From: Bugula neritina
Lineage: Eukaryota; Animalia; Bryozoa
Direction of reading: 5' to 3'
NCBI GenBank assembly: GCA_964035545.1
Contig: CAXIUT010000025.1
Coordinates: 1 to 46,427 of the forward strand
DNA: 46,427 nucleotides
Shown here: positions 15,593-29,000 of the stretch, one piece after another
Position numbering within the stretch: position 1 is the stretch's first letter
Layout: each line of letters begins with the position of its first letter
Position numbers and translations under genes: made by a program
The notes under the pieces: generated by a model
Database searches by the model: none
What the model saw: only the letters and a program-made list of their open reading frames with translations
What the model was told of the DNA's origin: nothing

Positions 15593-17800
15593 TCAATCAT
15601 TTACAATTGATTTTTACTTTTAACTTCCCTTAAGAGAAAACTGCATTGTCATCTCTTTGAACTGCTTAGAAGTATTTGTTATCATTTTTGAAAGATCTTT
15701 GTTTTGCTACTCGCTCATTTCATATAGTCGACAGTATCTTCCCACTATCAGTCTGACATTTTTGGATGTTATGCCAAACATAACCATGTAATGACAAAAA
15801 GAAGCAAGTTGACTAAAAATGATATTTTTTTATCTGAGAATAGTTTATGCTCTGGTTTATATTTTTTGTTTTGTAAAAATAGCCATCTACTAGTAAGTTG
15901 TTTCAAAGATAGCTGCCTACCAGAAATCATTTTTCTTCCAAATCTAACAAAAATACACTTATTGGTTCAAATAGATAAGTCTTTTGTGTTTGTCATCATT
16001 CCAATAGAAAGTAAATATTAGACCGAGTAATCCTCTTATAATAAAGGTATCATTCTATTTTTGACTTGCTTTTACCATTGTTTTTATAACTTTACTACAC
16101 ATCTTAGCGCAACTACTATTTTTAATCATAACTTCAAGTTGAACTCGATATTCTTCAAGAAAAATAAAACCTACCAACCGATATATATGTTGCTATTACA
16201 TCATCTTCTCTAAAACATCTATCCTCTTATTTACTTATTCGCTGTCGAACTACTCAACATTCCATAGTTAAGAAAGTATTTTCATTATTATTATGAAGGA
16301 ATCGAAAATAACTTAGTTTGATAAAGATTGCTATTTTTTATGGTTAGTTTGGGTTATTAAATTTGGTGGTTGTTGAATTTTTATTGTTTATATTAAATCT
16401 TTTAACTATTGTTACCAATTTATTGGAATACTAGGAGTCTCATTGTTGTTTTATTATTCTTTCTTCTCTTAGTTCATTTAAGACTTTTATTAGGGTTTTT
16501 ATTCAGGTTTGTACTAACATTCTTCCTTTTATAATTTGCTTTTTTATTAAGAGTTATTGACTTATTTTTAATTTTATTACTCTTAAGGCTTAAGTTAAGG
16601 TTTAGATAAAGGTTCTTTTTATACTTTTTGTTCACCATTTTATTAAATTTTCGGTTCTTTTTATTATTTAAGTTGTTTCCAAATTCCAGCAATGATATCT
16701 CTCAACTTTTTATTTTTCTAAATACATCTATTTTTACTTTATTAAATAACATCCAACTAAAATATTCTTCATCAACATGTAACAAAGAATTACTCAACAT
16801 TGATTTTCCCATTATCTTTTTCTGTTCAATAGTGTACTCGTTACTTTCAGAAATACTACTTCTTTTAGATTATTCTTTATTTTTATCATCAGAAATTATC
16901 CTGTTATTAATATTGTCCTTATTCTCATCAACAAATATCTCTGCATCTTTTTGATTATCAAGATATTCCATCTGTTTGCTGATATTCAGAAGATCATATT
17001 CAATATTTTTGAACATACTCACCTCAGCTACTATTAACTTACGCATACAATCACTCTGTAAACTAACCTGGTCTCGAATATGAGTCTAAGCCTCGTCCAT
17101 AACATTTTTTATCTCTCTAAATATCAATAAATATACGTGTTATATGCATTAGTAAATTGATTGAAAGTTTTAACTGATTGAATGTACAATTTTTAATATT
17201 ATTTGTTTTATTTGATACTTTCTACTGCCTTAGATATCAGTTTGACTTTCTTTTACTGAGGAATACCAGTTGTATACTTCATAATATTCTTTGTTATTAT
17301 CATTTCCTACATTTCTCGACTGATTCCTTCAAATTTAGACAAAGCTTATTTGTGATTATCCTCTACATTTCCTGCTTCTTTGTAATATCGCTTTATATCT
17401 TTCTCCATCTTCTTATGAAAGCTATTCTCCTTTTTATACAAATCAGAACAAATCGATTCTATCTATGTTTTAAGAGATTCAGCTAAATCCAAAGCCTGTC
17501 GACTTCTCTGTTCATGTTCGACCTTAAAAGCAGAACATATGTATGAAGTTGCAAGTTCGCTTCCAGGTTTAATATGCTTATCTAGTACTTTACTCAAACT
17601 AGTTAAACTTTTAGAGTAGGTAACTTCAATATCAATTCTTTTTTTGAATGCTTCCAGGAAGTCTTCCATCTGCTTTTTTATTGAACCTACGTATTCCACA
17701 ACATCCTGAGGGTGGGTCTAGATTAGAACCTATTTACTGTGAAGAATTTCGAGAAAAGAGGGAAAGTTGATTCCCTTTTAGGAGGAGCTTAATCGTCCAT
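15593..17800 (-). CDS. F-BAR (FCH) domain protein with C-terminal SBF2-like helical domain (715 aa)
   Basis: FLEAFKKRIDIEVTYSKSL FCH motif; C-terminal IYLNQEVYFCEIWKKNDFWEAAIFE and IIFSQLASFCHYMVMFG; 20-nt introns 17718-17737, 17117-17136, 16718-16737. Confidence 0.75.
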
Positions 17801-17886
17801 ATCTCTGTGGTATAAATTATGAAATCATGCTTAGTAAAAATTCTTTTAATCCATCAGAATAAATCAATAACTATTTATGGAGATGA

Positions 17887-18726
17887 TCATACATTTTCAT
17901 TTATTTCCTAGACCATTTCATGTTCCTTCTGATTTTCAAATATCTTCTATTCTGTCTTCTAATTTTGACTGCTTATATTTAATCTATCTTCTTTTACTTC
18001 ATCTACAACAACAGGATCAATTTTCTATTCTTATTGACTTCTTATAGGAATTATTTCTTCTATTTGAACCACCTTTTACACTTCTTACACTTTTTGAATT
18101 TTCATTTAAGCTTTTTACTCTTAGATGTTGTTTTCATTTTAAACTTGAACTTCTTTTAATAATATTTATGACTTTTATTAAGGAGGAGGTTCCAATGGAA
18201 CCTTTTTCTTTCTTCCTCGCTTCCCTTTGGGTTTAGGAGGGCCTTACTCTTTCTCTTCATCATCCTTAGCATTAGGCCTTCTTCTCTTTTTGATTTTAGT
18301 ACCTTTTTTCCTGCCTCTTTTTCCTACATAGGAATCTGTAAGGTCAAAATCACTATCAAATTAGTCTCTACCTGAGCTACTTGCCTCGTAATCTTCTTGG
18401 TCCTCCGAATCATCAGGTCTATTGAGATCTCCTCCAAAATAATCTTGGTATTTATCCCAAAATCGATCTTTCTTTTGTTTTCCCTTCATGAGTTCTTTCA
18501 TGCGAGTCCCACGTTTTGAACGGAAGTGCATTGATTTGATAGCTGGTTCTATGACTTCCGAAGACCATCTCTATTAGTTTTCTGATAGATGCTATGCCTA
18601 ACAATGATCATCTTGGTTGCTTTTTTAATTTTTTAATTAACTTGGAGATTCGTTAGAATCTACTTTGGATTGTTTACGGGATTTTCTACAGATTTTATTT
18701 TTTTAATTTTGAATTTATTCCTCCAT
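17887..18726 (-). CDS. Vps72/YL1-like protein (N-terminal H2A.Z-binding-type region only), 279 aa
   Basis: RSKRGTRMKELM..DRFW..YFGGD..DSEDQEDYEASSSGRDEFDSDFD resembles the YL1 N-terminus (RxxAGNRMxxLL..DxFY..F..DxEY..DxxDSDFD); followed by KRGRKK/KRGRRK basic motifs; intronless. Confidence 0.55.
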
Positions 18727-18761
18727 AGGAACTCAAGACCTACCACTAAATAATCAATTAC

Positions 18762-18780
18762 AAAAAAAAAAAAAAAAAAA
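18762..18780. repeat. Poly(dA) tract in a divergent intergenic region
   Basis: 19 consecutive A between the divergent starts at 18726 and ~18890. Confidence 0.8.
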
Positions 18781-18889
18781 TTAAATCACACCACAGCGCC
18801 TCATTCTTGCGCATTTCTTTATTTAATTATTTTTGATGACAAGAAGGTCTCCATTATTGATAATTTTAACTCCAAATAATTCAATCAAT

Positions 18890-20498
18890 ATGAACTTCAA
18901 ATCGATCATCTTACTACTTGCAACTTTAACACTAATCTCATCTCAATAACCATCAATAATCGACTTCACTCACACTCAACTACTTGAAGAGACCAGCTTT
19001 ACTGGACTACCTAAAGACAACATCATTATTTCACCAGATACTAAACAATTTTAAAAGTATCATTTCCCCTAAGTCTGTGATTTGAAAGATCAACTGATCA
19101 TAGGAAATGATAGTTCAACATCAATAGATATCTTTATTAATCTTGACGACTACCTTTAATAGTTGAGAAAAAAGATATTGCATTTGCTAACAAAAGCATA
19201 AGAAATCAAAAACTCAAGAAGCTATTTAGATTGTAATTTTTTATTTATTAAGAAATCAGTAAGTATATGGACCTGACTGAATAAGTATCAATAATGGATA
19301 AATTTTAAAATTAACTGTAGTTGCTAGCCAAAAGATAATCATAGTTACAACATAGCAAATCTAAAATATAGAGAATGACTCAATAACTTGATGCTAAAAT
19401 AAAATAATATAACAACAATCCTAAAAATGAACAATTTCAAAGTATCAGTCTAAATTATGAAATCTAAAATTATAAAACTAAACTGATCTATCTGAAAGAT
19501 CTTAAAGAAAAAAGTATAAGATAAAAATAAGCTTAACCTAATAGAGATTTTACTTAATTTTTTAAAGATTTAGATAAAGATTTAAAGAGTGAGAGTGCAC
19601 AGATTAATTTCATTGATAACTATTTCAGAAATATGAGTTATCTTAGTCACTTAAAAGAAATGGCTAATAATTTAAGAGATAATTTGGTAGTTGATCAACT
19701 TCATATCTAGTATAAAGAATCTTGTTAAAAATAGAAACAAGATATCATATCTAAATCATCATCTCATAAAGAAATTACTTAAACGCTAGCACATCTCAGA
19801 GATAAAAAGAAATAATTTGGAAATACGACAAATAAATATTGTTAAGGTGTTGCTCTTAAATTAGAAATGCAAATTAAAAGATTACTAGGAATCATGAATT
19901 GGACCTTTGTTTGTGCTGAAGGATTACAAGATCTTAAAAATGCAAATACAGCCAGAAAAAGTTAACTTTAATAAATTTAAAGAAAAATAGCTAATTATGG
20001 TCAATAAGGATTCGATAACTATCATGATGAGTATTAAAAGATAAAAGAACTTATCAAAAACAAATATACTCAAATGAAAACCTTTAACATAGGTAATTGA
20101 AATATTATTTAGATAAATATAGTCATGATCCACTCTCTATTGATGAACTCATCGCATAATCATAGAAAGGAAAAAAAGAAGCTGAAGAAAAATCGAATAA
20201 TTTACCAACTTAGGCTCCTGGAGATCATCTGTATGATGAAATAAAGACTTTAGCTGAACTTATAAAGAAGTAAAAAGCTCAGTTTTGTCAAAAATATGGA
20301 GAGTATGATTAAAAGCAAAGGAAAATATGGTTTAATTTATACACAGTCGAACAAAGATCTACATATTCTTCAAAAATGAGAGGAGAATACTTGCTAGAAA
20401 GCCAAAAATTGAGACAGCTAGAACAATAGTATCTATATTCTAAAGATAAAATAATTGAATAAAGTAAAGATAATTGCCTTTAAAGTGATTCAATTTGA
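18890..20498 (+). CDS. Predicted secreted coiled-coil protein (522 aa)
   Basis: Signal-peptide-like MNFKSIILLLATLTLISSQ (an in-frame upstream ATG at 18836 is also possible); 20-nt introns 19233-19252 and 20093-20112; helical E/K-rich body. Confidence 0.7.
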
Positions 20499-20607
20499 TT
20501 TTACCATTTGATAACATTTCGAAACATATTTTTATTGATAATATATAAGGATTTAATCAATTATAGCTTTTTTAATGATGAAATCTAGTTTTATAATTTT
20601 TGAAGTT

Positions 20608-22081
20608 ATGAGTCAAGAGGGCGCCAATTTGAGCAATGGAATACAAGCTAGTTCACAAGCCATGAACCTGTTCTAATTGTAAGCTCGACTAACAACGTCT
20701 CAAACACAATAAGAAATTAGTTATTTTCTATTAATACAGATCGTGTCACAGTCCATCTAGAAGATGCATAAACACAAACTTAACTTAAACTGATGAATTT
20801 TACTTCTAGAAATCAAGCTTTTTTGAGAAATAACTATGTGCAGGAATTTAGAAGGCAAAAAAGTCAATTTTCTCGATTTCCAAAGTCAAACAAACATAAT
20901 CAGATGACTTAAAGAACTACATCAAAAGAAGTTAATTTTGACAAGTATATAATTTATCACAGAAATCGTAAAATTTCAAAACTTCCTCAAAAATTAATGT
21001 TTTAAGTGAACATAAAATAAAACATCCAAAATTTTCCTTCAATGATAATGATAAAATGGTAATAAGTCAATGAACAATATTTTATTGAAATAAAACAAGA
21101 GAAAGACCTTACTCGTGTGAAATCTGACAATTTAATGCATTATCAAAACAACTATTCTTAAGACAATTAAAATTAAACTGTTCTATTTACCTTTGAAAAG
21201 TTCTACAACAAATGTTATATGTAATAATAAAATAATCTAGGACATCTATACTGCATTGCATTTTCAACATAAAAAAATTTACAAATTAGTTACGAATCCG
21301 GTGTTTTGGTAATAATTTAAACTCATTCATGTCTGCTCTATCAGAATTAATTAATAAAATAAGCTCTTTTAAAAAATCGAAATACATGTACTAACTTTCT
21401 TACGAAAACCTAATGATTTGCATGAGAAATAAGTTTGAACAACTGAAAGGATATAACCAGAAAGATGCTTTAGAATTTTTCAATTGTTTTGAAAATTTAT
21501 TATCAGAAAATGATAACCATCTTTCAGAACTTTTTTCGATAAGACTTTTGTATGAACTAGTTTGTACAAGATGTAAGAATAAACGTGAATACTTATCATT
21601 GGAAACTTCTTTAAGCCTTTTTTATAACTTTGAAAATGGTAAATTATAATAACTTATAAATGATTATCTCAAAAACATAGAAGTTGAATCAAACTGTTCT
21701 TATTGCGGAAGTAATTTTATTTATTACTAAGATAAAACGGCCTTAAAGTCAACTAAAATACATAAATTGCCCTAAGTCTTAGTTCTTCAAATCAATAGAA
21801 CTTTATCCCATTCTACCAAACATAACTATTGGCTTATTGCCCCTTTTTAGTTAAATTTTATATTTCCTTACACAGAATCAAAATATGTACAGTACGAGAT
21901 GAATAGTTTTATTGATCATAAAGGTTCAACAGTATATGAAGGACACTATATCTCAAACTGTCTCAAACCCAATCAATGCTGGTATGAATTTAACGATCTA
22001 AAAGTAACAAAGCAAATTTTTGGAAAAGATTTTGTATCGAGAAGAGATTCTTATATATACTTTTATACCAAAAAAACTTGA
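20608..22081 (+). CDS. Divergent ubiquitin-specific protease (peptidase C19), 477 aa
   Basis: Cys box FEKFYNKCYMTSILHCIF, NQKDALEF, CxxC pairs, LPEVLVLQINR, His box HKGSTVYEGHYIS, WYEFND; 20-nt introns 20720-20739 and 21221-21240. Confidence 0.8.
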
Positions 22082-22217
22082 TCTATTCAATAACTTGATT
22101 CAATATTTAATTCTTATTTTATTAAATGAATAGTTTTTTTTGTTTATGTTATCGACTTTGAATATTAAAGGTAAAATAAATCATTTTTGTTCATAAACTA
22201 TTCATATAATAAATTGA

Positions 22218-22649
22218 TCATTCTTACACCTGATATGCACTTTGCTTTGTTTATGATATTCCCATTTCAGGGATTACCTTATTTGCTCCCAGATATATCT
22301 CCTTCTACTCTAAAGTTTTTCTCACTTAAGCTGTTGTTAGCACTTTATCTTTTTTTGACTTATTTGCCTTTAATATATTTTTGAGATCGCCCGCCAAACT
22401 ATTCAATGAATATTCTGAAAAAATACCCAATAGGTTGTAAAACACTTAGTCATTGGTTTAGACACCAACTGACTAGCAAACTCTTTTGGTGAGACTATTG
22501 GGTATGACTCCTTTAGTTCTACTTGACTCGATGAGGATGGAATGGACAAGTTTATCGATTTGTATTTATTCTTTGCCTTAGTAGTTGAAATCTGGCAGTG
22601 GTTCCATGATTGGGTCTTGTATTTAGTCGTCTTAGTAGTTTTAGTCCAT
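22218..22649 (-). CDS. TAF10: TFIID/SAGA subunit TAF10-like histone-fold protein (143 aa)
   Basis: GVIPNSLTKRVCESVGVETNDEVFYNLLGIFSEYSLNSLAGDL...KDKVLTTAEVRKTLEEKEI matches the TAF10 pattern (IPDxVTxxYLxxxGFxxxDxRIxRLIS..LTxEDLxxALxExGI). Confidence 0.65.
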
Positions 22650-22702
22650 CTTCAAGTGATTGCTAAATATGAATATAATATGAATATATATCAGATTAGG
22701 AT

Positions 22703-25700
22703 TCAATTTTATTTGAATTGCAGGTAAATCAGGCCACAAAATTACGACTATCTTATGCTTTTAAAAGTATATACGCTTCTGACATCTTTGATGATCGAAT
22801 AGTTGCATTTGGCTATTATTTAACTATTATTCAGTAGCTATAAGCTACCATCTAAATACTATTAATTGTGAGTGAGTTGAAGACCTAGTTGATATTTTTA
22901 TTTAGTCTATTATCGATTGATATATAATTCATAGAGTTGGTTCTAGTTATTGTATGATATTTTTAATTTTGGTGCAACTAGTTTTATATTTAGATGGCAT
23001 TCTGTTGCCTAAATGCAACCTTAAAATCCCTATACTGTCATCTAGTAACGCATATACTATATCTTAGTCTTTTCTTTTTATTTCAACATATCTACTTGAT
23101 AGTTTAATTATTCTTTGTTTTTGATAATCTCACTTGATTTGATTTTAGTAGGTGACTATATTTTAGATATTTAATTATTAGAATATAATTGATGATTTGA
23201 TTTATGAGGTTATTATTTATGTTGAGGTTGGTTGATATTAGAAATGAAGAAATCATCATCTTAATCCCACTAATTATATATATTTTTAACTATTTATTTC
23301 TATTACTATTATTTCTTACTTTTCTATATTATTTTTTACTGATTTCTTTTCAAAAGATGTGTCTTGATAGTTTAATACGTTATTTTTGAGTTAGACTATT
23401 TTATTTTATTGAGATACTGCTCTATAGAACTAAATTATCTCATTATTAACTTGATTCCCACTTTCTAATATATTTTTTTAGCCTCTTGAAACTCTATCTC
23501 CCCATCAAAAACAAAACCCTCCAACTACTAATTCCCACCCATCTAAATAGCCCTATACAACTAAGATAAACAATACCTGCCCATTTGATTATCATCAATA
23601 TATTTTTATTTAACCTGATTATCCATTAAAAGACCATAAATAATATCATACAACATATTGATATTGGCCATATCATTAGAATTAGGTAATATCTATTCCA
23701 AAATAGTATCTATTTTTATTTACTATATGCCCAACTAACACAAGATATCAAATAAGATATTTTTATCAATAAAATTGTAAAGAAGATGAGCTTTGCATTT
23801 TGATTTCAACATCTGGAATATTTATTCGTTTTTGAAATCTGATAAGATATGTTTAAGTTGCTATTGGTATTATTTGGTTAATGATTTTGATATTTTCTGG
23901 TATTTTATTTACTGTTTTATGTTTTATAGTTTAAATGTCTGTCTGCTGTCAAGTTGATTGTTGTTTTTATTTGGAAATTGAATGGTTTATTCTTGTAAAT
24001 ATTTTTACATTGTTTTACTTAAAAATTAATTTTATATCTACATCTTGCTTTCTTGTTCATCTTATTATTCATCTGGAAGTTCTTGCTGCAATAATTATAC
24101 TTAATTCTTTTTAGATAAATGAATAATATCTGATTTTTATGCTAAAATATCTACCTATTCTTTGTCTATTTGTTTTTATGTGTCCATCTAACTATTATCG
24201 ACTTGTATTTACACTTCTTTCTTTGATTTGTTTTACTTTACATAAATTCCCAGGTGACTTTCTACCTATATTGCCTTTTTAGGTATATCATGGAATGGAT
24301 CTTTTCTTGCTTGATTGAGAAGGTTTTGAACTTGGCTAATAGTTCCATAACATAGCTTTACTCTATATGGACATTTATTTGATCCACCTTTGTAGTATGA
24401 AACTGATCTATTTTCATCATAGAGAAAAATTGGTTATAGAGAGGTATTTATCATGTTTTGATTGGTATTTTTAATAGGTTTTAAATTCACTTAAGAATAT
24501 CCGAAGAGTTAATTATTATCACTCCATAGTTATATCACTATTCTTTATGGAGTTTTCAGGTTTGAAGAACGATTATGAGGAAAAATATTAATATGTCTAT
24601 TATTGGCAAGTTAAGCTATTCTAAATTATATTTTTTATTTAGTTAGAGGAATTTGATAACGACATATTTTGCATTGACTACCAAATTCACTTAAAGCTAA
24701 ATAAATTTGTATTATTTATAAAGGTTAATCTGACTCTTTCTTTTTATGAGATTTATCACTGCTTTTAAATTTATTTTAAACTATTTAACTTGAATATTTC
24801 TAGAAAGAAGACTACCTACTATTAGGTCTTTGATTCATATTGACAAGAGGATTATGAGTAGTGTTCATCAAGTAGTTGGGTCGACTTGAAGCGAAAGAAT
24901 CTTTAACAGTATATGATAGAATAGGTTGCATGTGAGAAGGTGAGTAGTGAGAACTATTGGGAGTAGGATATTTTGGAGGCTTTTCAATGCTTCTTTTCAT
25001 TTATATCTTTTATAGACTGCTAGTTTTGAGTAAGTTGTTAAGAGAGTTTATTTTGTTCACGTTTTATTTTGCTTTTGACGATTGAATTTAATTATTTTAT
25101 AAATATCTACTTGAATCATACGGTTTGTTTTGAAGTTATGCTATCATTTTATCAATATCTTCTTATAATTATTTCTAATCTTCTGCTTATTGTTTTTCAT
25201 ATTTATTAGGACTATTTCTAGGCAAAATATGGCTTTATTTATGCTAGAATATATTTTAAATAGTCTTTTTCGGTGGTTTAATAGTTTAAGGCTATTCTTA
25301 ATCAATAGAATGTGGCAAGCTTAGTGATGAAGGCAGTGGTGATATCTACTAGATAACAAGTATATCTTAAAAATTGATAAGATTCTATTGATAAATTATC
25401 CTATGTATATCTTAATTGAAATCTAGCTTGATTTATGTTTATACTTACCCTATCTGTCTGTTATTTCTATCATAAATATATGATTTTTGTGTTGTACTAG
25501 CAAGATAACTTTTATTAGTAAATAAATAATCTATCGAATTATTGAATGCATTCAGAACTTGACTACTAGGTAGTAGATCTATATTCAATTATGCTGTAAA
25601 TATATTTTGTGGGTTACTAAAGATAAGAGAAATCGTTCTGCAATCGGTAAGATAAGAATAGAAATGCCATAAATTAGTTGCTATTTGATAGTTTATACTA

Positions 25701-25864
25701 AGAGGTGTTGAAGTTATGTTAGTTTGATATTTATTTCTTGAGTTGCCAAAGAAATGGGGTTAGATTGAGTTAAGGGGTGCTCTTGATGTTATTTTTGTGA
25801 TTTTCAGATTGAAACAACCATAGTTATGAGTATTTTTATGGTTGAAGTTAGGAGGCAGATGCAT
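22703..25864 (-). CDS. C2CD3: C2-domain centriolar protein, C2CD3-like (~1053 aa)
   Basis: Start, end and all stretches translated lie in one frame (part of the interior was not read codon by codon). N-terminus MHLPP..PHFFG..YQIATNLWHFYSYLTD..QIGEVETEIKL recalls the C2CD3 N-terminal domain (WWGE..YAIRCGPKQFTSYLTD..LGELQVSL); internal C2-like IVIELWSDNNELFGYSEVNL. Confidence 0.6.
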
Positions 25865-26009
25865 TTAAATTATCAAAACCAAATTTATAATTTTTTAACT
25901 TTAATATACTCAAAAATAACTTTAAAATTAATCATGATTTTTAAATATTAAAAGAATAAAATGAAATAGTTTTTTTTATTGATGTTCTTTATAATAATAA
26001 ATAATATTA

Positions 26010-29000
26010 ATGTCAGACAAAGATGATGGAGATCCTTTTAGAGAATACGAAAATATGCTAGGAAAATCTGATCCTCAAACTAACATGAATACACTCACCT
26101 CAACTGAAATCGTAGATAGAGTTTCTTTTGTTTCAGGTCAGTAATCCAAAACAATCAATTCTAGACAAGCATTTATCCCATAAAAAAATTAAACAAGAAT
26201 TGTCAATTAGATGAGTCCAGTTAGTAGATATGCTGATTAGACCATAAAAAGAGGTCTTCAAAACCATTTTTTATCTCCTCAAGCAGACAGAAGAAGTCAG
26301 AGTAAAAGCGATATTCGAATGAAGATATTGATATAGAACAACAGGTTGAAAACTAATATCGAAACTATGAAGAAATAAATCGAGCATCACAAATTGAATG
26401 AAGTAAAAATAGTGCATGTGTTGAAGTAGAGCAAGTAAAAAATATCAGAACATAAACAAATAATAAAAGACAAGAGTCGGAAAATAGCCTAAATAATGAA
26501 TGAAAATATGGATTTAAAGTCTTAAAGAGGTGAATTATAGTAAAAGATAAGTCAGTTGAATTCTTATGCGAATTGGCAGGAAGGTCAGATCCGTGAGTTG
26601 AAGAAATAATTGAACGATAGGTAGAAATAGAAGATGTAGTAGGGATATTTACAAAGCAAAATAGACAAACTTGAAAATGTTCTCCAAAAATACTAAAATG
26701 AATTAATGCAAGTCTAATAAAAAAAATCAAGAGAGATGAGTTTATCTAGTCACTAATAACTAACTTCTAATTAAAATTTAACTGAATAGTATGGTGATAA
26801 ATGGGGTTCTGGAAATTAACTTAAAATCCAAGATGTGGAAGGGATTATGCAAAGATAAGCAGTTAATGATTAAGATTAAATCAATTAGGTTATTAGTAGT
26901 TTGAAGACAAGAGTCAATGAGTTGGAACAGGAGTTAGAAGTGGCTAATAAAAATTTAAAATTGAGGTCTAATTAATTACAATAATAAAACAAAGAAACTT
27001 TATCAAAATTATAAAATTTGTAGGATTAAGTAGGAAGTCATATAAAGAAGTCAATAAATTTAGATTAACAACTTAAAATAAAAGATTACTAGATATAGTA
27101 ATTGAATCAATAACTATTAAAAATAAAATAAAAGTTGAATAAAAGTGAATAAATAGAAAATATTTTAGACAAAAAATATCAAAGATAAATCGAATAATTA
27201 AGCATTATTCTTCAAAGTAAATAATAGATGATACTCGATTTAAACAACAAAATCCAATAAAAATAAACTTTCCATAAAAAGTAAACTTAATAATGGTAGA
27301 TATCTGTATTCTAGAAAGAGTAACAACTATCTCGATAATGGAAATAATTAAACAAAAAGTTATAATAAATAAACACAAGAAATAATCATTTATAAAACGT
27401 TATCTAATAATATCAACAAAAAATACAAAGTTACTAATTATAAAAACATTTACAAGAAGATAAAATAAAAATAGCTGAAAAACATATAAAATAAAAACAA
27501 ATTATCTAATAATAAAAATAAGCCATTGAAAAATAATATATAATTTTAAAATAATAAAAAATAACATTAGAATAAACACTTTAAAAATAAAAATAAATAA
27601 AAAATAATTTATAATTGAAAATAACTTAATTATAAATATAGAATAAAATTATTTAGTCCTCAAAAAATGATAAAGAAATTGAAATGGATAAATTTCGAAT
27701 ATAAATATAATAATTAAAAACTTTAATCAATGGTTTAGGTAGAAATTATTAAAATAATTAACATAAAGGTCAAAGAGTTATTCAATAACAATAAGAATAA
27801 TCAGAAAGTAGCATCTAAAATGATATAATAAGTCGTCAAATTAAATAAATTTAAAATGTGGCATAAAATATCAATAAAATTAGAAGATAATAATTTGGGT
27901 CTAGACCTCTTCAGGAACAAGAAGAATTAGATGAAGATATATAGTTGATTGGTAATAAAGATAAAAATGGTCATTTATATCATAAAACATCTCCTTTAAA
28001 AGAACAATAATAGTTGGAATATCCATAAGAAATTTTATAATAAAATTAGATTAATATGAAGCTAAAGAAATTGACAGATGAGAATGATTTTTTCCGAGGG
28101 GAATTAATTAAACAATAATAAAAGTTTAACAAAGAATTAAAATTGATAAAAAATATTATATAATAAAAAGAAAAATAAATTAAATAGTGTCAAAATAAAG
28201 AAGAAGAGTGTGAAAAAATAAATCAAAAATATCAAGAATAATTACAAAAAAATATTTTAATCATAGAAAGAATAAATGATGAAAAATATAAATTAATCTG
28301 TGATAAAGATAAATAAAGATAAAAGAAATATCAATTGTAAGAAAAGGTAGAAAATCTCAGAAAAGAACTTAATAAGTATGTTGAAACTAACTAAAGTCTG
28401 AGTCAAGAGAAGATATTACTTGCTACAGAAGTTTAGAACTTGAAAAATAAGATCAGAGATATTGATGTGAATAGTAGTACTTAGCTTTAAGGAAGTAACA
28501 AAAAGAATCTCTAGCTTCATGAAGAAATAGAAAATCTCAGAAAAGAACTTAATAAGTATGTTGAAACTAACTAAAGTCTGAGTCAAGAGAAGATATTACT
28601 TGCTACAGAAGTTTAGAACTTGAAAAATAAGATCAGAGATATTGATGTGAATAGTAGTACTTAGCTTTAAGGAAGTAACAAAAAGAATCTCTAGCTTCAT
28701 GAAGAAATAGAAAATCTCAGAAAAGAACTTAATAAGTATGTTGAAACTAACTAAAGTCTGAGTCAAGAGAAGATATTACTTGCTACAGAAGTTTAGAACT
28801 TGAAAAATAAGATCAGAGATATTGATGTGAATAGTAGTACTTAGCTTTAAGGAAGTAACAAAAAGAATCTCTAGCTTCATGAAGAAATAGAAAATCTCAG
28901 AAAAGAACTTAATAAGTATGTTGAAACTAACTAAAGTCTGAGTCAAGAGAAGATATTACTTGCTACAGAAGTTTAGAACTTGAAAAATAAGATCAGAGAT

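Noticed and set aside
11468-23389. Many hydrophobic F/L/I-rich ORFs in the track that look like membrane proteins
   Set aside because: They are antisense shadows of K/E/N-rich genes on the opposite strand.
26141-26164. Possible 24-nt GT..AG intron
   Set aside because: The frame is open with or without it and the length is atypical, so it is not needed.
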